Assembly: GCF_018350175.1 (NCBI RefSeq)
Contig: NC_058368.1
Location: forward strand, 203,362,001 to 203,426,000
Length of the DNA: 64,000 nucleotides
DNA from: Felis catus
Lineage: Eukaryota
Direction: 5' to 3'
The notes below the pieces were generated by a model. That model was given only the letters and a program-made list of their open reading frames with translations, was not told where the DNA came from and ran no database searches. Positions 53,367-64,000 of the stretch are shown one piece after another; position 1 is the stretch's first letter; each line of letters opens with the position of its first letter. The translations under genes and the position numbers were made by a program.

Positions 53367-56300
53367 AGAAATGAACTCTTAAAGGATTTCTCATTCAACT
53401 TCTCTAAAGCTCAGTTGACATCTCTATAAATGAAGACAACACATCACATGATCCCTAAGATCACATCCAGCCCCAAACTTTATGATCCCATTCCTACAAG
53501 TCCAAATGACTGCAACCCTATTATCTTCTACACATTGAAAAACCAGCATTTGAGTTAATCTCTCTTTGTGCTCTGGTAAATTAGCAATGTCCCGGGTGGT
53601 CCATAATCCTTTTCTGAAAGAATATTATATATTCTGGTTTAGGACTGTTTTAAGCTCTCTGTGAGTTTTTGAAGGTAATTATTTGTGACTCTGCAATGAT
53701 TATGACCAGTTCCTTAAGTTCTTTAGAGTGAAAGTTACCTGGATCTATGGATTTAATTCACCCACACTGAATCAGCCATTTTTATCTGTCTTCAGACAGA
53801 GGCTGTCTGCCTCACATCACATCATTGCCTGCTCTCAGGATTAAATCATGGCTGACATTTGTGAGGAAACAATGATCTACAAAGGGCCTTCATGTCATGT
53901 CATTTTTAAGTGCTTTTCTTTTCATTGGATAAAGGGACAATACTTTTCCCACTCTCCCCCACCTAATGATAGGTTTGAACAATTTTTTATGTCATGAAAG
54001 TTGTATCTCATATCTCGCTCCTACATTAGTGGTTTATCAACCATAGCAGAAGAGGATATGAAGATCATTGGACTTGGGAATAGGGACATCTAGGTTTTCA
54101 CCCAATAATTTTTGGAAAGTATTCAAAATCTCTGAGCTTCAGTTTCCCCATCTCTAATGCCAATATGGACAAGTATAGGACATAAGTAGTGTTTATCGGC
54201 TTATTTTAGCATTCTCTCTCTGTGTTGCCTAGGCCAAGGAAGGTCAAGGCAACACTACCACTAGTACTCATAAGTGTGACAGGAAAAATACACATGAAGC
54301 CTGGACATAGGAGAATTGATGAATATAGTTTTTAATATAGCTAATACTTCAGTTTCGGTGTACAGACATCAGAGGGGAGATAAATCAACATACAGGAATG
54401 GAGATGATCTTCTTAGTCATCTATGAAAGACATAACCCAATGTTGGGTCTGACACCTACCTTCTCTTCCTTGGAGACCTTTAGATCAAACCAAATCTGTC
54501 GCAGAAGAGACCACAATATCCAAACCCTTTGGTCAATGAAGAATTCTGCTACACTGAACTCAATGTGCTAAAATGAACTTCAGCAATTCCTTGTTTTTTA
54601 TTTGTTTGTTTTTTAAGAACCATTAAACTGTGAAGAATGACTCAGGTTTGCCAACTTGTAATTTTGCCGAAAAAGAGCTAGATGAAAAATTTACATCTAC
54701 TCTCCCCTTTTTCCACCACTTCATAAAGAAGTGGATACTTTAACGGCAAATAAAAGAAGGAAAATCAGTTTCTCACAGAATAGAGACAGTTTTTAAATTG
54801 AATAAATTTAACATTATGAAAAGCTATTGAGTTCCTCATTTTACCACTGACTGATACAAAACTAACAAGACTGTCATCTGCCAAAAATCTCCCTTCAAGT
54901 AGGAAAAGAAGGCATCCTAGAAATCTCCCTTCAAATAGCAAAAGAAGGCAAAGTAGAAAAATACACGACCACAGTCATTCCTGGGGCACCTGCTGCCTTC
55001 AGCCAGCGCATTAATGGGCATAGCTGTTGCTTAGGTGAGGTCAGGATCAGACTTTGATCAGCAGCATCAGAGAGTAGCATCTGTTCACTGGCCAGAGGCA
55101 AATAGAGCTGTTGTTCTTTTTCCATGTCCAACTTTTCTGTCAATTGAAAACTCTCTGGTTTGTTATTAGATTCAGGTGTCCCTGCAGTTGCCCACTTTCT
55201 AACCTCTTAATTTCCCCTTTCCTGAGATTGTGCTATAATTTATAAAGCTTCTGGCATCAACAACTTTATTTTCGTTCTGACTAGTGGTCACAAACTCCCT
55301 GCATGTTTCTGGTTTGTTAGCAGGTGGCCTGGCCTGCCAAGAAAGAACTCACGGTCTTGGATTCCCCCCAGGGTTTACCCAGGTTCCAAAATTGGTATCA
55401 GGCCTGATACATATTACAGGGCCTCATGGGTACTTTAATGTTTATACAGAGCAGACAGGCCCATAGGGCACAAAGTTTCATCCAAACACCTTGTACGTGA
55501 TTGAAAGGGGATGCAGCCTGGCAATATGATCCTTTTCTTTAAAACTGCTTTTACAATTCACTGAGGAGATGAAAAAAAGAGGAAACAGGTGAAAAGTTTG
55601 GGCCAAGTGAACTGCTCTCCAAGTATTTCACAACAAGGGAGGTAGCCGAGAATTCAGAAAACAACATCAAATTGCGTTTTCAAGGCTTCTCAATCTGTGT
55701 TGCCTAAGCAGAGGAAGGCCACGCCCATTCAGCAAACATTTGCCCCATCTTCTGAGTTGGAACCTAACCCCAAAGAGGGGAAGCAAACTAGCGCTGCAAA
55801 AAGCAAATTACAAATATATGACTAGTCAGGAGCTGGAAATGCCTCAAATTATTTACTCGACCACACAATAAAAGTGACAGGAGTTGTGTATCCTTAAACA
55901 ACCTTCTGCTGGCAGAATGATACCATGAAATGGCCTGTTCTGCTGCAAGATGCACTAAAGATTAGATAAGAAAGCAAACAGTCCCTTGTGGGTCACTCCA
56001 AGTCCTTTAACTGCCAAAACAAGATCCCAGACTAGATCAAAAGTATAAAGGATTCTAGCGTCTCTCTAAATGCTTCTTGGAAGCCCAGATGTGATTTAAA
56101 AACCAAAACACTGGAGCAAAGCTGAGTATTGAGATGGCTTCTGGTGGAAGATGTTCAGAGAAGGACATTAGCCGATGGTTGGTCATTAAATGTGCCATTA
56201 GTAGGCTCTTCTTCTGTCACTGTTCAGATTTTTTTTGTTAATCCAAGTCATAAGCTAAGTACATCACGATGATCTATTCTCTGCAGGTCAGAGGAAAGTA

Positions 56301-56962
56301 ACAGGATGGAGTGTGGTTCTGATTGCAATTCTCCCAGTGATGAGTTGTGTGGAACTCTGTCTCACTTTATTATGTCATAGTTCCTGCATCTATGAAAAAT
56401 GAGACATATAGACTACACCCTTTCCAGTTCTTGTAATAAACTACCTTCTGATCTCAGCCGGAGCATTTTTGGCATCAGGAAAATCCATATGCCAATGACC
56501 ATTCAATGATCAGCACTGTTGCTAAGATTTGGACTAAGAAAGTCAGAATTAGGGAATATATAGTTTGCCAGTCTCTCTTAGAAGACCACAATGGAAAGAA
56601 CTATGTTCATCACCAATTACATTTACAATGTCCTATAGACCAACTAACTCTGGGAAGAGCAATGTACATAAGTATTTTCAGACCATTGATAACATTATAC
56701 ACATGACTATTTTGTGGTAAGAAGACAGCAAAGGGACCAAAGAAACAAGGGATGCAGTGGCTCATCTACATTAGAAAAGGGAGATCACCAGTGGCTTCTT
56801 TTAAAGATGTTTTTAAGAAGAGCAGAAAAATGACTGGAAGGAAAGACACTAAAATGTTAACAGAGGCTCTCTCTGGGGGTAAGAAAACCTATTTTTCACA
56901 CCTTTTAGTGTTTCACTATATTTTTCACATTTTCCACAATAAACACTTATTGTCATAAAAAA

Positions 56963-57168
56963 CTTTAAGTTTATTTTTGAGAGAGAGACAGAGAGAGTGA
57001 GCACGGGGGGGGGGGGGGGCGCAGAGAGAGAGGGGGAGAGAGAATTCCAAGCAGACTCCACACTGTCAGCACGGGAGCCCAACATGGGGCTTAAACTCAC
57101 AAACTGTGAGATTGTGACCTGAGCCAAAACCAAGGATCAGACAGTTAACCGACAGCCACCCAGGCACC
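56963..57168 (-). mobile_element. Can-SINE whose TSD also encloses 56806-56962
   Basis: SINE body; 20-bp direct repeat caccagtggcttcttttaaa at 56786-56805 and 57169-57188. Confidence 0.9.
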
Positions 57169-57264
57169 CACCAGTGGCTTCTTTTAAATGCTCAGCTGCC
57201 CTAATTTGTTTAAACTTAACCCAACTTGCAAATTTAGGTATACATATATTTTTATTCAGATACA

Positions 57265-57860
57265 GTTTTATTCATTCAAGAGACAATTATTGAAGGTACA
57301 GTATGTGCTAGATGTGGTGCTAATCACTGGTGACACACAGATGAAAAGTTTGCTTTGTTCATAGGCCTGAAGAGCTTACATTCTAAGTGGCAAACTGGCA
57401 GGTATCAATCATGATTTTTTAACATGGGAAATGACAATAACAACAAATATGAACAAAATGCTTTGGAAAACCAGAGAAATTGGGATTAATAACCTTGCCT
57501 TTTACAAGGACAGAAGGGCTCTGAGACACTTTACAGGAGATCTCTGAGGTGGATGATTTTAGGTTTGAGCTTTTCCGGAGCAAATGCTTTTAATTAAATC
57601 TTGCACAACAAGTGTGGTGGGAAAGGCGTCTCGCACAGAGGAAAAGCATTTGCGAAGGCATGGAGAAATGGAAATTTAGTAAATGGTTGCTGTTCTCATG
57701 TGACTAAATTATACTATGTGAGAGATCAGGGGACAGAGGAAGGAGGTGATACTGAAGAATAAGGTAAACTTTTTTTTTTTTTTAGACAACGCTAAAGATT
57801 TTTCATTTTACCTATAGGCAGTGAGGAGGAGTTATCAAAAATGACAGCATTTACTCATAA
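57265..57860 (-). mobile_element. L2 3' fragment
   Basis: ttcattcaag...tatgtgctagatgtggtgcta...gagcttacattctaag...cctataggcagtgagga. Confidence 0.7.
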
Positions 57861-57951
57861 TGGGATTGGTGATATTAAAAAAAGAAGGGTCCCCTACAAT
57901 TCTGGTGTCCAATTATTGCCAAGTTTTATAAAATGACCATAAGCTTTCCAC

Positions 57952-59660
57952 ACAAATAAATAGAAAAATATTCCATGTTCATGGATTGGAAGAACAAATA
58001 TTGTTAAAATGTCGATACTATCCAAAGTAGTCTATATATTCAATGTAATCCCTATCAAAATAACACCAGTATTCTTCACAGAGCTAGAACAAACAATCCT
58101 AAAATTTGTATGGAACCACAAAAGACCCTGAATAGCCAAAGAAATCCTGAAAAAGAAAACCAAAGCTAGAGGCATCACAATTCTGGACTTCAAGCTGTAT
58201 TACAAAGCTGTAATCATCAAGACAGTGTGGTACTGGCATAAGAACAGACTCTTAGATCAGTGGAACAGAATAGAGAACCCAGAAACAGACCCACAGACGT
58301 ATGGCCAACTAATCTTTGGCAAAGCAGGAAAGAATATCCAGTGGAATAAAGACAGTCTCTTCAGCAAATGGTGCTGGGAAAACTAGACAGGGACCTGCAG
58401 AAGAATGAACCTGGACCACTTTCTTACACTATACACAAAAAATAAATTCAAAATGGATGAAAGACCTAAATGTAAGACAGGAAACCATCAAAACTGTCGA
58501 GGAGAGAGCAGGCAAAAACCTCTTCGACCTCACCCACAGCATCTTCTTACTGAACAAGTCTCCAGAGGCAAGGGAAACAAAAGCAAAAATGAACTATTGG
58601 GGCTTCATCAAGATAAAAAGCTTCTACACAGCAAAGGAAACAATCAGGAAAACTAAAAGGCAACCGACGGAATGGGAGAAGATATTTGCAAACAACGTAT
58701 CAGATAAAGAGCTAACATCCAAAATGTATAAAGAACTTATCAAACTCAACACCCAAAAAACAAATAATCCAGTGAAGAAATGGGCAAAAGACACGAATAG
58801 ACATTTCTCCAAAGAAGACAGCCAGATGGCCAGCCCACACATGAAAAAATGCTCCACATCAGTCATCTTCAGGTAAATACAAATCAAAACCACAATGAGA
58901 TACCACCTCACACCTGTCAGAATGGCTAAAATTAACAACTCAGGCAACAACAGATGCTGGCGAGGATGCGGAGAAAGTGGAACCCTTTTGCACTGCTGGT
59001 GGGAATGCAAACTGGTGCAGCCACTCTGGAAAACAGTATGGAGGTTCCTCAAAAAGTTAAAAATAGAACTACCCTATGCACTAGTAGGCATATATCCAAA
59101 GGATACGGGGTTGCTGTTTCAAAGGGGTCCATGCACCCCAATGTTTATAGCAGTACTACTCACAACAGCCAAAGTATGCAAAGAGCCCAAAAGTCCATTG
59201 ACAGATGAATGGATCAAGAAGAAGTGGTATATGTATACAGTGGAGTATTACTCAGCAGTCAAAAGGAATGAAATCTTGCCATTTGCAACAACATAGATGG
59301 AACTAGAATGTATTATGCTAAGCTACATTAGTCAGAGAAAGACAAATATCACGTGACTTCACTCATATGTGGAATTTAAAATATAAAACAAATGAACAGA
59401 AGGGAAAGGAAGCAGAAATAATATAAAAACAGGAAGGGAAACAAAACATAAGAGACTCTTAAATATAGAGAATGAATTGAGGGTTGCTGGAGGGTTTGTG
59501 GGTAGAGGGATGGGCTAAATGGGCAAGGGGCATTAAGGAGGACACTTGTTGGGATGGGCACTGGGTGTTATATGAAGGAGACGAACAGTCCTGAAATCAT
59601 TATTGCACTATATGGTAACGAATTTGGATATAAATTATAAATACATACATACCTACATAC
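57952..59660 (+). mobile_element. 5'-truncated carnivore L1 (ORF2 C-terminal part and 3'UTR), intermediate age
   Basis: Homologous to young L1 from ~10510; ORFs 58457-58876 and 58895-59296 with YHLTPVRMA and HCWWEC; several stops. Confidence 0.93.
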
Positions 59661-59694
59661 AAAGAGACAATTCAGTTATAATGTGGCTGCATGG

Positions 59695-59910
59695 GGGCGA
59701 CTGGGTGGCTCAGTTGCTTAAGCGTCCAACTTTGGCTTAGTCATGGTCTCGCGGTACATGAGTTCGAGCCCCACATTGGGTTCTGTGCTGACAGCTTGGA
59801 GCCTGGAGCCTGCTTCAGATTCTGTGTCTCCCTCTCCCTCTGCCCCTCCCCTGCTCATGCTCTATCTCTCTTTCTCAAAATAAATAAACATTAAAAAATG
59901 TTTAAAAACA
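59695..59910 (+). mobile_element. Can-SINE inserted in an MLT1
   Basis: TSD aatgt(g/c)gctgcatgg at 59680-59694 and 59911-59925. Confidence 0.92.
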
Positions 59911-60152
59911 AATGTCGCTGCATGGTGGGCCCTTATCCAATCTGGTTGGTATTCTTATAAGAAGTGGAAATTTCTATAAACAAAGACCCTGGAAGCATAC
60001 ATGCACAAAGAAATACCATATAAAAAGGCAGCAAAAGGGCAGCCATTTGCAAGCTAAAGAGGGAGGCCTTAGAGAAACTGATTCTTCCAGTACCTTGATC
60101 TTCACTTCCATCCTCCAGGACTGTGAGAAAATAAATTTCTGTTGTTTAAGAC
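59911..60152 (+). mobile_element. MLT1 (MaLR) LTR fragment (also 59661-59694)
   Basis: gtgggcccttatccaat, cttataagaag, accttgatctt, ctgtgagaaaataaatttctgttgtttaag. Confidence 0.8.
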
Positions 60153-60212
60153 CAGGAAGAACGCATGATCCAGGAGACTAGATTCAAATTCACCTGGACC
60201 TTAGCTGCAGTT

Positions 60213-60231
60213 TGGCGCCACCTGGTGGCCA
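60213..60231 (-). promoter_or_regulatory. CTCF-binding motif
   Basis: Reverse complement TGGCCACCAGGTGGCGCCA closely matches the CTCF core consensus (TGGCCACCAGGGGGCGCTA). Confidence 0.7.
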
Positions 60232-60539
60232 AGGTCTAATTGGGTTTAAATACCCATGGGGAAGATTCCGTTTCCTGTGGTGGTTAGGACTTTCTAGGAC
60301 AAAGTCACTGATTCCAATGTTAATGACCCTTGCTTCCGCGACTCAATTTCCTGGGCCAGGAGAATACTGGGAATACAGCATCTTGCAACTGCTGCCCTGT
60401 CTTCCCTTCACTGTTTTGTTTGTTTTTTCTCTCATTTCCCATCCCATAGAAGACCAGACATCGTGGGATGCTAGCTAGAAGACAGGAACCAATCTCCAAT
60501 CTCTTTGCATTATCATGAAATTAATTGGTTTTAATTTTA

Positions 60540-61018
60540 TTTATTTATTTTATATATATATATGAAATTTATTGACAAATTGGTTTCCATACAACACCCA
60601 GTGCTCATCTCAAAAGGTGCCCTCCTCAATACCCATCACCCACCCTCTCCTCCCTCCCACCCCCCATCAACCCTCAGTTTGTTCTCAGTTTTTAACAGTC
60701 TCTTATGCTTGGGCTCTCTCCCACTCTAACCTCTTTTTTTTTTTTTCCTTCCCCTCCCCCATGGGTTCCTGTTAAGTTTCTCAGGATCCACATAAGAGTG
60801 AAACCATATGGTATCTGTCTTTCTCTGTATGGCTTATTTCACTTAGCATCACACTCTTCAGTTCCATCCACGTTGCTACAAAAGGCCATATTTCATTTTT
60901 TCTCATTGCCACGTAGTATTCCATTGTGTATATAAACCACAATTTCTTTATCCATTCATCAGTTGATGGACATTTAGGCTCTTTCCATAATTTGGCTATT
61001 GTTGAGAGTGCTGCTATG
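60540..61018 (-). mobile_element. Young 5'-truncated L1 (~480 bp), same subfamily as 6263-12193
   Basis: Near-identical to the reverse complement of ~11713-12190; perfect TSD aattggttttaatttta at 60523-60539 and 61019-61035. Confidence 0.96.
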
Positions 61019-61671
61019 AATTGGTTTTAATTTTAGACGACTAAGGTTGTATCCCTACAATAGAAATAAGAATATTAAAGAGTGTCTAAGGTTATCTTGC
61101 CCATTATGATATTGAATTAATCTGCCTTCATCAGTTTGAGGAAACTAGCTGAGAAGGACATTTTAAAACAGGAAATGGTAAAAATCATCGATATCTCTAT
61201 AAGAAGTTATAGAATCATGAAGAATTAAAGGATCTATGAGATCACCTAGTGCTACATATGTAAATGTGTATGCCTAATAGATAAGTAAACTGAGTCCTAG
61301 AAAGGTTTATTTTGTTCACACTGTTGTGCACAGAGCCCAGGGAAGACCCAGTTAAATGTTGCTTTACTCTAGTGATTTTCAAGTCTCTATGAATCAGACA
61401 GGTTTGGAAACTACAGTCAACCCCCAAATCCTTCATCTCCTTTTAACACATATCAAAGAAAATGGAGGGCAGGTAGATCAGAGACGATTACACATTAGCA
61501 CACAGTGTAAGAATCAACCCAAATTTCTTAAGTCTTAAACAAAACTCATGTTTCTGATGTTCCAAACACCCTAACTGGCCTTTTGCCAAAAAGGAGGGGG
61601 TGCACATGCCTTCTCATCTCATGGAATTTACACCTAATCTACAAGTTAAGAGTATCAAAACACAGTCTAAT

Positions 61672-61772
61672 GACAAACAAAACCAAAACCAATCAACCAA
61701 ACGAACAAACAAACAAAACATAACAAAACAAAAACAAAAACAAAAACCTAGGCAAACAAGAAATAAACAAAA
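61672..61772. repeat. A/C-rich (CAAA)n-like low complexity
   Basis: Degenerate caaa/caaaa units. Confidence 0.8.
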
Positions 61773-62439
61773 TACTTCTTCCAGGACTTCTAACTCAAAT
61801 TATATTCCCAAATAAAGAAACTTTCCCCAGACAACTTCTAGACCAGAGAAAACTAGATTCATTTCTCACTACTTGGACACTTACTTGAACAGTCAAGAAC
61901 TGAACTCTCATGTTATTTAAACCTGTTAGCAACATCCTCAGTTCATCCTCTCAAAGATACCAGAGAAAAAGGAAAATGACTACTTAATTTGAAAAATATT
62001 ATTGGAGTATGGGTTAGTCAAAAAGTCCAAGATACATAATTTTGTAAACACATGACAGAAAATATATATAAAGAAAAACTCTATGTGAGAAAATTTTGGA
62101 TAAAGAGAATTACTATAACACTCTCATTTCATTCCACAAAGTGCACTGAATATCTCTCTTTGATGTACAACGCAAAACACTTACACCACAGTAATTACCT
62201 AGAACAAGAGTAACTGCTAATGGTGACCTGTGAAATGATATGCTTGGCCATAGTCACATCTGGCGCTGACAGAATTATCAAGGAAGTGATGTTTATCTCT
62301 ATTTCAGTCCTCAAAAAGTCTTCATCCATCCATGTAGCAGATGCCACTGATGCTCTACTCCATGTCCTTGGCTTCCCTATGGGTTCATCTATAGCTAAGA
62401 TGGACATTTTCTATAACCGCTGATGAAGAATCTCTTGGC

Positions 62440-62805
62440 TTCACTGCCTGAAGCTTTTCTCTGGCTCCATGAGAACTTGTTCTGACTGTTCAAGGTTGGG
62501 GACTTACGGGGACTCAATGGTCGCAAAGTAACTTCCAAAATAACGAGAGACATGAGCCACTGGTAAACACCTCAGCTTCCATGTCTTTCTGTACTATAAT
62601 TCCGAGCCATGTTTGACACAGTAAGTCTGAGGATGTTTAATGGGACTGAGCCCCAGTTAACACTGGTAACTCAATCATAATCACACCTTTTATCAGTCCC
62701 TCTCCTTCTTCCACTTATACTTTCTGTGAAAACCATCTCAAGAAGCTACTTACATTCAAGTCCTTGTCACAGGATCTGTTTTTTGGGGAAAACCAAGCTA
62801 TGACA
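62440..62805 (+). mobile_element. LTR16-like (ERVL) LTR remnant
   Basis: tgggactgagccccagtt and tccttgtcacaggatctgttttttggggaaaaccaagctatgaca terminus. Confidence 0.55.
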
Positions 62806-62869
62806 TGTGTCTAATATTCCCGTGTTACCCTCTCATTGGCTGCCAATTCATCTCCCTTAATATCTCAAA

Positions 62870-63000
62870 CAGGAACTGGGTTACAGGTTAAGGGGCTGAA
62901 GTTCTAATCCTGTTAGCTAATTGTGTGTCCTCTCTAAAGCTTAGTTTTATTCATTTGAAAAATGAGGGGGGTGGATTATACATGCTGTAGAGTGCCATTG
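62870..63000 (+). mobile_element. MIR fragment
   Basis: gttctaatcc...tgtgtgtcc...cttagttttattcatttgaaaaatgagg. Confidence 0.55.
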
Positions 63001-63149
63001 AGTTTTTACTCTTTATCTTCTATTTTATTTCAGAGTGGAAGGAAAAAATAAAACCGGCAAAGAGTGGATGGAAGAACAATCTGTCACAGACTTGCCTAAT
63101 AACCAGAATGCATTTCTCCCATTGCCTTAAATTATTATTATCTGGTAAC

Positions 63150-63272
63150 CCCACTATGGTGTGAGCTCCTCAAGGCTAAGAGAGATGTCTTATTCCTCTT
63201 TGTATTTCCAGATTTTAGCAGAATGCTTAATATATAACAGGTATTTAATAAATGCATGATTAATGAATTAAT
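63150..63272 (+). mobile_element. L2 3' terminus
   Basis: gtgagctcctcaagg...tctttgtatttccag...tagcagaatgctt...taataaatg...aatgaat. Confidence 0.7.
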
Positions 63273-64000
63273 AACTTATATACAGGAAAGAGAAGTGAGG
63301 ATACTGGCTGGACTGATGGAAAAGAAAATACGGGAAATATGTGGAATTGCTATGATGGGGCTGGATTATACAGGATTATATTGAGTGCTAGAATGGACTT
63401 GAACTGATAGCCATGACAGGGCATGAAATGTTTCTGAGTAGGAACGGCACAATGAAAAAGACATAGGTGGTATGAAGAAAGGGAGGCAGAGTGAGATACT
63501 GAGAGAAGTGTTCTATTTAATCTCGATTGGTGAGATAATGTCTTAAGAAGACTTTCAAATTTTCAAAAATTAGAGTGAAACTATAATGCTTGTGTTTATA
63601 TGATTATTAAACTAACCGTAAACCAACTTTATGTATCATCAGCATATGATATTCATAAATAGGTGTGAATTATGAATTATGACACAATAATTGGCTCCTT
63701 ATCCATTTTAGTATTTTGTGTACTTTCAAGTGAAAATATTTTTGATGCTACCAAATTGGTATGACTTTGTTTATTTCACAGTTCTTAGTCACCAGGCTTA
63801 GTTCACAAATTCTGTTTTCAAAAATCAAGTTCATTTCAGTAAATGAAAATGTTTTCAACACTGAAGAGGTTCAAAACAGTAGAGAAATAAAAATTCATTT
63901 ATATAAATGATTTCTATTGAATTTATTAAAATAAAAGAAATTTCCTTTTTTACAGTCATAACTTATATTAAAAGACCTAATCAGTTCAATATGAGTTAGC

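Noticed and set aside
61575..61589. NFI-like site ctggc-N5-gccaa
   Set aside because: Single short motif with no supporting context.
62195..62423. Overlapping ~70-aa ORFs and a minus-strand AG|GTAATT donor-like site near 62199
   Set aside because: No recognisable homology and no convincing acceptor; lies next to an LTR remnant.

Overview
Mammalian, AT-rich, repeat-dense non-coding DNA from a felid: it carries many tRNA-derived carnivore SINEs (Can-SINE/SINEC_Fc type) and cat-type LINE-1. I recognise no host protein-coding exon, so this is probably intergenic or deep-intronic. The main feature is a young full-length LINE-1 (6263-12193) with an intact ORF1, an ORF2 broken by four small deletions and one TGA, and a 17-bp target-site duplication (TSD). 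It is nested inside ORF1 of an older, degraded near-full-length L1 (~5495-16517). The rest is about 22 Can-SINEs (many with TSDs), truncated L1s, and ancient L2, MIR, MaLR/ERVL LTR and DNA-transposon fragments, plus microsatellites. Best second-look items: a ~145-bp polyadenylated, ancient-L1-like segment enclosed within a SINE's 20-bp TSD (56786-57188); a SINE with a non-SINE segment before its A-tail (~25893-25910); a near-consensus CTCF site (60213-60231); a well-formed 64-bp candidate exon (50357-50420); and a 32-bp duplication with a patchwork spacer (36902-36983). I found no convincing undescribed biological system. Repeat family names come from remembered consensus sequences and need RepeatMasker/Dfam confirmation.
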